A stretch of 64,000 nt of DNA from Dehalococcoidia bacterium (lineage in GTDB: Bacteria; Chloroflexota; Dehalococcoidia; Lucifugimonadales; JAGWBF01), in the NCBI GenBank assembly GCA_965261965.1, contig OZ253489.1, forward strand, positions 2,665,931 through 2,729,930. The letters are read 5' to 3'. A model generated the notes under the pieces. It saw only the letters and a list, made by a program, of their open reading frames with translations. It was not told the DNA's origin and did not search any database. The translations under genes and the position numbers were made by a program. Each line of letters opens with the position of its first letter. The first letter of the stretch is position 1. Positions 21,535 to 29,612 of this stretch are shown here, piece after piece.

Positions 21535-21759
21535 CGATTTCAGGGCGTCGGTTAGGCGATCCCTTGTTTTGTCACGCAGTGCTTCTTTGATCGGATGCCT
21601 CCCGTGCAGCTTCTATCGACAGGTGCTTCCAAGCCCCCATCAGGGCACAACGATACCATGACCTTAGGCCAATTTAAAGGTAATTAAGCGGTCGAACCCG
21701 TTCGGAGTCGCGGTCGAAACCCTTCGGAGTTGGTGAAAAATGCAGCGACCCGCCCTCCC

Positions 21760-23650
21760 CCATCGTCATCCTGCCTCCCCCCTCCCCCCTCCAGTCGTCC
21801 TTCTGAGCATCCCCCCCTTACTGTCCTTCTGAGCACTCCCCCTTCCCCCATCGTCATCCTGCGGCCTACCTCCCCCCTCCAGTCGTCCTTCTGAGCACCC
21901 CCCCTTATTGTCATCCTGAGGAGTGCCTCCCCTCCCTGTCATTCTGAGTCGCGCACGCCGAAGAATCTAAAATCCTTGCCCACACACCGGGTCGTCGTAG
22001 GAACGGACCAAGACTTACTGCCAGCATCTTAGATTCCTCACTCCGTTCGGAATGACAAAATAGGGGGTTCGGAATGGCAGTGAGGAGTTTTGAATCACAT
22101 TGGGAGGAGGGCATCTCGTCGTTGTCATTCCAACGAGCACCTCCCTCACGTCATTCTGAGGCGCACCCCCCTTACTGTCATTCTGAGGAGTGCCTCCGTT
22201 ATCGTCATTCTGAGGAGCCCTCCCCTCACTATCATTCTGAGGGGTGCTCCCCCCTGTCATTCTGAGGAGCGCACGACGAAGAATCTAAAATGCCTGCTCA
22301 CCCTATGGCTCATCCTAGTAACGAACTGGCCATCAGAGGGAAATTTTAGATTCCTCACTGCGGTTCGGAATGACAGTAGGGAGGTTCAGAATGACACTAG
22401 GGGGTTCGGAATGACATTGGGAGCGTTCGGAATGGCAACCTGAGGGGCACCCCCCCTCATTGTCATTCCGAGAGGTGCGCCGGCCCGTCATTCTGAGGGG
22501 CCCCCCTGTCATTCTGAGGGGCCCCCTCCCTTACTGTCATTCTGAGGCGCGCCCCTCCCTCCCTGTCATTCTGAGGAGCGCACGACGAAGAATCTAAAAT
22601 CCTTGTCCACACGCTGGGTCGTCGTAGGAACGGACCAAGACTTAGTGCCATCATCTTAGATTCCTCACTCCGTTCGGAATGACAAAGCAGGGGGGTTCGG
22701 AATGACAACGTGGGGGGTTCGGAATGACAATGGGGGATTCGGAATGACGCCCCCCTTACTGTCATTCTGAGGGGCGCGCCTCCCTCCCTGTCATTCTGAG
22801 GCGCGCCCCTCCCTCCCTGTCATTCTGAGGAGCGCACGACGAAGAATCTAAAATCCTTGTCCACACGCTGGGTTGTCGTAGGAATGGACTAAGACTTAGT
22901 GCGGGCATCTTAGATTCCTCACTCCGTTCGGAATGACAAAGCAGGGGGGTTCGGAATGACAATGGGGGATTCGGAATGACGCCCCCCTTATTGTCATTCT
23001 GAGGCGCCCCCTCCCTCCCTGTCATTCTGAGGCGCGCGCCTCCCTCCCTGTCATTCTGAGGAGTGCCTCCCCCCCTGTTATTCTGAGGAGTGCCTCCACC
23101 CTGTCATTCTGAGGAGCGCACGACGAAGAATCTAAGGTCCTTGCCCGCACACTGGGTTGTCCAAAAATGGGCTGGCCCCACCGGTGGGCCGTAGATTCCT
23201 CACTCCGTTCGGAATGACAAAGTAGGGGCGTTCGGAATGACGCCTCCCTCCCTGTCATTCTGAGGAGTGCCTCCCTCTCTGTCATTCTGAGGAGTGCCTC
23301 CCTCTCTGTCATTCTGAGGAGTGCCTCCCCCATTGTCATTCTGAGGAGCGCCTCCCTCTCTGTCATTCTGAGGAGTGCCTCCTCCATTGTCATTCTGAGG
23401 AGCGCCTCCCTTATTGTCATTCTGAGGAGCGCCTCCCTTATTGTCATTCTGAGGCGCGCACGCCGAAAAATCTAAGATGCATGTACACACGCCGGGTAGT
23501 CGTAGGAATGGACCAAGACTTAGCGCAGGCATCTTAGATTCCTCACTCCGTTCGGAATGACAGCATGGAGCGTTCGGAATGACAGCAGGGAGCGTTCGGA
23601 ATGACAGCAGGGAGCGTTCGGAATGGAAGCAGGGAGTGTTCGGGATGACG
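21760..23650. repeat. Hierarchical palindromic (REP/REPIN-like) repeat array
   Basis: Six modules of the form GTCATTCTGAGGAGCGCACGACGAAGAATCTA-spacer-TAGATTCCTCACTCCGTTCGGAATGAC at 21938-22056, 22256-22374, 22565-22683, 22819-22937, 23103-23218 and 23443-23561. They are separated by ~27-bp tandem GTCATTCTGAGG units and ~21-22-bp tandem TTCGGAATGAC units. Confidence 0.92.
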
Positions 23651-23786
23651 GTAGGGGGTACGGGACTGCCATTTGGGGAGGGGGTACGGGACGGGCATTT
23701 GGGAAGGCCGTCAAGATCCAACTCATGGAGACTGAAGGTTCAACTCATGGAGACTCAGCAGTTACCGGGAAGCTGAGGGACGGGAG

Positions 23787-25535
23787 TTACCGGGAAGCCG
23801 AGGGAGGGGCTTCGGGCCGCGTCCGGCGCCCGTTAAGCAGCGTACCCAATGGCGTGTAGCGAACGCCCCACTGGTACAGGACCAGCAGCAGAGCTGTGAC
23901 CATGATGCAGATGAAAGCAAGTTTCACAGCCGCGGGCGCCTCCCAGTTCCGTACCATGTGCTGCATCAATACAATCAGCGGCAGGTGCGCCAGGTATAGC
24001 CAGTAAGAAGAATCTGAAATGTAACGGACCACGTAGCTGCCGCTCTCCAGGAGCGCTCGAAACAACCCCATCAGCCCAAAGATCATGCACCAAGGAAATG
24101 CAGCTTGAAGGACGACCGCCGGGACCCTGATTATCCATTGGCCGGCGGGGCTATCTTGCAGGGCGCCGAAATCCCCGTACACGAGCCACATACCTAACGG
24201 GAAGATGACCAGCAGCCCCAAGGGAAGCCAAATCCGCCACCACCGGCTCAGGTGCTGCCCACCCTCCTTATGCGCGAAATACACTGCGCCGAAGGCGAAG
24301 AAGACAGCATGGTAAAGCAGGATGTGTGGAATCGGTATAGGTCCTACCGATGTGTCCGGCCCAAAGATCGGAGAACTCCCTTCCAACCCCATGAACCACT
24401 GGAGGCAAGCTGTTATGGGAATCAACCAAAGGAGGTTCGCGGGTGAAAGCGCCAGCCAGCCGGGCAGGCGCGGGCTGCTCCATGAGAACCTATCCGCAGC
24501 CCAAGCGTAGATGGCAAACCCACCCACAAGCCACACCAAGAACCAGAGGAACCACAGATGATGAAAGATGGATGTGTGGAAGAAGTTGAACCTGCCCGCC
24601 TTTTCAGGATCTGTGCCGGTGGAGATGGTGAAAGCATCCGAGTAGATGGTCTCCCAATACCAAGGAGCCAGCGTCAAGGGTTCCTGTTCCCGGTTCCCGG
24701 TTGGGTCTCCGAACTCGGCCCCTTGGGCGGTGAGAAGCTCCGCCACAGCTTTCCTTCCTTCTTGAATGGCTCTTTTGTCGAATTCCAGCCCCAGAACCCC
24801 CGCCAAGTATTCTGTAACTCCCAAATCGACAGAACTGCTGTCCAAGGGCGTCTGGCTGTCCGCATTCGCGGCATTTGGGTCCGCGCCGTTGCGCAGCAGC
24901 AGATCGGCGCCATCAACGCTGCCCATGAATGCCGCCGCATGCAATGCTGTTCCACCATCCTTGTTCTTGGCGCCCACATCGGCGCCGTTCTCAAGGAGCA
25001 GGCCGATCATTTCGGCGTGGCCCGCAGGCGCCGCCCAAGACAGAGGTGTGGCCCCGAAGATACGGTCCTGCTCATTGATGTCCGCACCATCGGCCAAGTA
25101 AGCTTCGATGGCTTCCCCGTCATTGGCCTTCGCTGCTGTCCAGATGTTGTCCCCGGCTGCATCCGTGACGACGTAGGCGACCACAATGTTCATTATGGGT
25201 AAGATGGTAAACAAAGCTATGACCAAGGGCGCCAGCACACGGGTGGACCGCTGTTTGATCAGTGCCGGTAGACCCCTTTTTTGCCACAACATAGCCGTAA
25301 AGAACCCGCTCATCATGAAGAATACGGGCATTCGAAAGCCGTGTATTGCCGCCACCAGCAAGCCGAGCAGATCATCTTGCTTCTGGTCCTGTACCGGCCA
25401 CCACCCCGTTGTGAAGGATAGTGCCCCATGCAGGACGATGCCGAGCAGCATCGCAAGCCCGCGCATGGCATCAAGATCGTGCCTTCGCGCGATGCTTTGA
25501 AGCTCGACCTCAGCCCCGCTTTCTAAACTGGTCAT
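23787..25535 (-). CDS. Acyltransferase-3 (OpgC/MdoC-like) membrane protein with inserted ankyrin repeats
   Basis: RRHDLDAMR, IVLH, IHGFRMPVFF, HHLWFLWFL and YISDSSYWLYLAH, interrupted by GADIN/GATPLSWAA, GADVG/GGTALHAAA and GADPN/QTPLD ankyrin repeats. Confidence 0.88.
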   Translation of the reverse strand: MTSLESGAEVELQSIARRHDLDAMRGLAMLLGIVLHGALSFTTGWWPVQDQKQDDLLGLLVAAIHGFRMPVFFMMSGFFTAMLWQKRGLPALIKQRSTRVLAPLVIALFTILPIMNIVVAYVVTDAAGDNIWTAAKANDGEAIEAYLADGADINEQDRIFGATPLSWAAPAGHAEMIGLLLENGADVGAKNKDGGTALHAAAFMGSVDGADLLLRNGADPNAANADSQTPLDSSSVDLGVTEYLAGVLGLEFDKRAIQEGRKAVAELLTAQGAEFGDPTGNREQEPLTLAPWYWETIYSDAFTISTGTDPEKAGRFNFFHTSIFHHLWFLWFLVWLVGGFAIYAWAADRFSWSSPRLPGWLALSPANLLWLIPITACLQWFMGLEGSSPIFGPDTSVGPIPIPHILLYHAVFFAFGAVYFAHKEGGQHLSRWWRIWLPLGLLVIFPLGMWLVYGDFGALQDSPAGQWIIRVPAVVLQAAFPWCMIFGLMGLFRALLESGSYVVRYISDSSYWLYLAHLPLIVLMQHMVRNWEAPAAVKLAFICIMVTALLLVLYQWGVRYTPLGTLLNGRRTRPEAPPSASR

Positions 25536-25943
25536 ATTGACGCTGGTCTCTTCATCCGATTGCCCAACTCCATAGTTGCAATGGGTCCTTTGTGGATTGT
25601 CGGCTCCCGTATCGAAATCCGCGGCTGGCAGGTTCCGGCACATGCACATGCGTTAGCTGTGGCGGTCGAAGATCATTTGACCAAGGAACCGCTTCAGAAT
25701 ATGCTTGCTTTCTCAACAGGGCAAGAAATACGTTCCAAGATAGCTGGCCAGCGTCCTCGTCGAGTTGATCGCCATCCATCATCATGCCGCAACTTCACAA
25801 GTTACTTTCAGGGCTGAATGTACTGCCATTTCACCCCTTTTCATCTCTCGCTTTGTCCAGCCCAACTATGCTAAGACGACTGCGCAACGTTCTGGGAACG
25901 ACCAAGGCCCTACGTTGCCAATCAAAGCCAGGAGGACGGTAAA

Positions 25944-26096
25944 ATGCCTCACGACACCCACGAGTGCGATGAACACGAACACCACGGCGATGAGGCCGGC
26001 CATGTTCATGACATCCACGAATGCGACGACCACGAACACCATGAACATATCCATGGTCCCCACGAGTGCGACGACCACGAGCGCCACGAACACTAA
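25944..26096 (+). CDS. Small 50-aa His/Cys/acidic putative metal-binding peptide (not in the ORF track)
   Basis: AGGAGG RBS, then ATG: MPHDTHECDEHEHHGDEAGHVHDIHECDDHEHHEHIHGPHECDDHERHEH*, ending in a double TAA stop. Confidence 0.75.
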   Translation: MPHDTHECDEHEHHGDEAGHVHDIHECDDHEHHEHIHGPHECDDHERHEH

Positions 26097-26199
26097 TAAT
26101 CCATCGGACTCGTAAAAGGCGATTTACAAGATAAATGGATGCGGCGCTGACCAGATAGGAACCGACGCTGACCCAGTTACTGTCGGAAGAGATAACCCC

Positions 26200-26228
26200 T
26201 TGCGCCGCACAACTTGGGATAATATCCT
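26200..26228 (+). promoter_or_regulatory. Possible sigma70 promoter for the CDF gene
   Basis: TTGCGC (26200-26205), 17-bp spacer, TATCCT (26223-26228). Confidence 0.35.
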
Positions 26229-26302
26229 ACTAACTGCCGTCAAGTACGGCAAAGGTTCAGGCTGGCTTCATCCGGCGTGTCGAATCATTAGAAATTGGGT
26301 AG

Positions 26303-27682
26303 GTGCTCATGACTACCGCAGATCCAAGAGTTCTTTCCCCAGGAACTGAGGCTGTTCGAAGACTTGGGGCTGTACGTCAAGCGATCAAGGCATTACTTAA
26401 GCCGTCGAACCTGATCTCAGCAGCCGGAAGGTCTGAGTACTACAGTTCGAACCCGTCCGATAGTCCCAGAGACAGTCAGTCCACGGATGATCACGACGCC
26501 CATGACCACGGCCATGACGACCACGGCCACGATGAGCACGGCCACGACGAGCATGGGCACGACGAGCATGAGCATGACGAGCATGGGCACGACGAGCATG
26601 AGCATGACGAGTATGGGCACGACGAGCATGAGCATGACGAGCATGGCCACGACGAGCATGAGCATGACGAGCATGGGCACGACGAGCATGAGCATGACGA
26701 GCATGGGCACGACGACGGCCATGGCGACCACGGCCACGGCGGTCATGACCATTCCCATGAACTAAGAGGGGCCAGTCGCCGCAGCTTGATCATCGCCTTC
26801 GTGTTGATTTCGGCTTACATGGTGGCCGAGGTGGTGGGAGGCGTAATTTCGGGTAGCTTGGCTCTCCTCGCTGACGCCGGGCACATGCTCACCGACGCAG
26901 CAGCCATCGGCATGGCCCTCTTCGCGATGTGGATCGCTGAGCGGGAAGCATCTGCAGAACGCACGTATGGGTACTATCGCACCGAGGTGCTGGCAGCTCT
27001 GATCAATGCTCTAACGCTTTGGCTGATCGTGGGCTGGATATTCTGGGAGGCGTTCCAACGATTCAGGCTTGATGAAATTCACGTCGAAGGGTGGTCGGTG
27101 CTCATAGTCGGCATCGGCGGGCTCTTCGTGAACGTGGCTTCTGCTTGGATACTTCACAGATCATCGGAGCACAGCATAAACGTCGAAGGCGCCTTCCAGC
27201 ATGTGATGGCCGATCTTCTGGGGTCCGTTGGGGTGGTCCTTGCAGGCATCGTTGTTCTGACCACTGGGTGGACCCTCATAGATCCGATCCTGAGCGTTGT
27301 CATCGGCCTGCTCATAATGCGCAGCTCTTGGCGTTTGGCCTTCAAGGTGTTCCACGTTCTTTTGGAAGGGACGCCCGAACATATTGATGCGTATAAGCTC
27401 TGTAGCGATATTGAGGATGTGGAGGGTGTGACCCTGATACATGATATCCATATTTGGACCATCACATCAGGAAGGGAAGCCTTCACCGCCCACATAGTCG
27501 TGGACCCTTCTTACCAAGGAAGCATGGAGCAGCTACGCAATCGAATTCAGGATATCACACACAACCGCTACAACATCGGGCACGTGACCATTCAACTGGA
27601 GCAATCGACATCCAGTTGTCTTGAGACTGAGGGCCACCACGTCGGCCACCTCATGCAAACACAGCGGACCACCAAGGCATAG
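26303..27682 (+). CDS. czcD: Cation diffusion facilitator (CzcD/ZitB-like) with a long His-rich N-terminal repeat
   Basis: SLALLADAGHMLTD, TYGYYRTEVLAALINA, HVMADLLGS, HDIHIWTITSG, HVTIQLE. Start uncertain. Confidence 0.9.
   Translation: MLMTTADPRVLSPGTEAVRRLGAVRQAIKALLKPSNLISAAGRSEYYSSNPSDSPRDSQSTDDHDAHDHGHDDHGHDEHGHDEHGHDEHEHDEHGHDEHEHDEYGHDEHEHDEHGHDEHEHDEHGHDEHEHDEHGHDDGHGDHGHGGHDHSHELRGASRRSLIIAFVLISAYMVAEVVGGVISGSLALLADAGHMLTDAAAIGMALFAMWIAEREASAERTYGYYRTEVLAALINALTLWLIVGWIFWEAFQRFRLDEIHVEGWSVLIVGIGGLFVNVASAWILHRSSEHSINVEGAFQHVMADLLGSVGVVLAGIVVLTTGWTLIDPILSVVIGLLIMRSSWRLAFKVFHVLLEGTPEHIDAYKLCSDIEDVEGVTLIHDIHIWTITSGREAFTAHIVVDPSYQGSMEQLRNRIQDITHNRYNIGHVTIQLEQSTSSCLETEGHHVGHLMQTQRTTKA
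26490..26760 (+). repeat. 15-bp tandem coding repeat (DEHGH/DEHEH) in czcD
   Basis: Alternating GACGAGCATGGGCAC and GACGAGCATGAGCAT units. Confidence 0.9.
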
Positions 27683-27802
27683 GGCCCCCGTTGGTTAAAC
27701 CCACGGGTCACAGGGTCTAGCCAACCACAGGTTCGAGGAGCTCTCTGCTGTGGCGGCCTCCGTGCCCGGTCATACATAAACGTTCAGGCTGGGCGCTCAA
27801 GT

Positions 27803-29260
27803 TCACGCATTCCCGGAACCGTCGGCCATCCGAGCCCTTGTAGCTGCTGAGACGTTCGTCCCAGGAAGACGGCTGATCCCGTCCAAGGCTGCTGCCGGAT
27901 AGCATTCTGCCAGCGTGGGATGGCTTGTCACTGCCTCAAGGAAGTAGTCGATCGTTCCGCCGTGCGCAATTACCGCCTGCCCGATGTGTATCAGCTCGGC
28001 CGCAGCTTCCCCGATGATGTGCACACCCAGGAGTTTCCGTGTATCTATGTTGAAGAGCAGCTTAAGGAGACCGGTATCATCACCTTGGATCATACTCTTC
28101 ACACTCTCTTGATAACGAGCTTTGCCGACCTCATATGGAACACCGGCCTCGGTCAGTTCGGCTTCGGTCTTGCCGACCATCGCCACTTCGGGAATCGTTT
28201 TGATCGTGTAGGGAAAGAGGCCGGGGAAACTGTTGGTTGCAGCTCCAAAGGCATGACACGCAGCCAGACGACCCTGCATTTCAGAAGTCGACACCAGGTT
28301 GGGAAAACCGATTACCCCTCCCACCGCATAGATGCCTTCCACCGACGTTTGGTAGTTGTCGTCCACGCTGAGGCGGCCCCGCATATCGGCCTCCAAGCCC
28401 GCAGCCTCCAACCTGAGCGGGTCGGTGGACCCGGTGCGTCCGACGCAGTACATCACCGCATCGCTAACTATCTGTTTACCGCTGACAAGTTTGACTCGCA
28501 CCCGGTCCCCAAGCTCGTCTCTGATGTACTCCACGTCGAAGACCTCTTCCTGCAGGCGAAATGTCACCGACCGTTGACGTAGGTGATATATCAGCGTGTC
28601 CACGATCTCATCGTCCGCGAAGGGCAGCACACGCGGGGCCATGTTCACAAGCGTAACCCGCACGCCCAGCTCAGCAAATGTACTGCAATACTCCAAACCA
28701 ATGGGCCCGGCGCCAACGATGGTTAGCGTACGGGGCAAGTCGGGTAGGTTCAGCACATCATCGCTTACGAATATTAGCTTCCCGTCCGCATACACCACGG
28801 AGGGGACGGTGGATAATGTTCCTACAGCTATGATTATCTTCTCTGAGGTGAGGGTGCGATTTGATCTGCCGTTATCAGAAGAGAGGTTTAGGGTATTACG
28901 ATCAAGGAATGATGCCTCAGCGGTGATCATATCCACGCGGTTCCTGATGAGCTGGTTTCGCAGCATGTCCGCTTGATGCTGCATCACATAGCGGGTCCTG
29001 ACCATCAGGTCGCTCATGGTGATGTTCTGCTTGATGGCGTAAGACTCGCCATATATGTTACGTTCTTTGTAACCTGTCAGGTAGACAACAGCCTCGCGCA
29101 CCGTCTTGCTTGGAGTTCCGACGTTGACGGTTTCACCGCCGATGTCCGAAAGCCGCTCGATCACCGCCACACGCTTGCCAAGCTTCGCGGCCTGAATCGC
29201 AGCCCCATGCCCGCCCGGCCCCGATCCGATGATCGCCATGTCATAATCGTAGCTAGCCAT
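27803..29260 (-). CDS. sthA: SthA-like soluble pyridine nucleotide transhydrogenase / flavoprotein oxidoreductase
   Basis: IIGSGPGG FAD motif, GTPSKTVRE, IVGAGPIGLEY, QGRLAACHAFG, ELIHIGQAV, PTLAECY; several motifs diverged. Confidence 0.7.
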   Translation of the reverse strand: MASYDYDMAIIGSGPGGHGAAIQAAKLGKRVAVIERLSDIGGETVNVGTPSKTVREAVVYLTGYKERNIYGESYAIKQNITMSDLMVRTRYVMQHQADMLRNQLIRNRVDMITAEASFLDRNTLNLSSDNGRSNRTLTSEKIIIAVGTLSTVPSVVYADGKLIFVSDDVLNLPDLPRTLTIVGAGPIGLEYCSTFAELGVRVTLVNMAPRVLPFADDEIVDTLIYHLRQRSVTFRLQEEVFDVEYIRDELGDRVRVKLVSGKQIVSDAVMYCVGRTGSTDPLRLEAAGLEADMRGRLSVDDNYQTSVEGIYAVGGVIGFPNLVSTSEMQGRLAACHAFGAATNSFPGLFPYTIKTIPEVAMVGKTEAELTEAGVPYEVGKARYQESVKSMIQGDDTGLLKLLFNIDTRKLLGVHIIGEAAAELIHIGQAVIAHGGTIDYFLEAVTSHPTLAECYPAAALDGISRLPGTNVSAATRARMADGSGNA

Positions 29261-29612
29261 TGGCGCTCTCGCTTCTGGAATACCAAGGAGTGGATCAATG
29301 CTATCACTTATCAGGCGTTCGTGGTAAGCCGAGGGCGTATGATCTTCGCAGCATCGCAGGACTGATGAATCTCCGGCTCATACCGGATACGAAGGGCGGG
29401 ATGACAGCATGGCGCGCGGCAATATTGTAACAGCGTCATCAGCGAGATCCGGTAGTTCTCATGGGGGCCTGCTCTTTAAGCACGACCACATCTCCCTTGG
29501 TCGGTCAGCAACCTACCAGAAAAGGAATTACCGCTTTATAGCGAATCCATCGGACTGGCGAGGGTCGGCCAGGATCACTGCCATCACATACTGGCAGCTA
29601 AACAGAGCTGAT

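Noticed and set aside
21760-23650. CRISPR array interpretation
   Set aside because: Repeats come as inverted pairs, intervening sequences are mostly related to each other or very short, and there is no leader or cas gene in the window.
21684-23859. Many short ORFs (MTIREALLR..., PQND..., CHSERSEES...)
   Set aside because: Translations of the palindromic repeats, with no RBS or coding signal.
25765-26115. Listed 116-aa (+) and 75-aa (-) ORFs
   Set aside because: Alternative frames of the RBS-supported His-rich peptide at 25944-26096.
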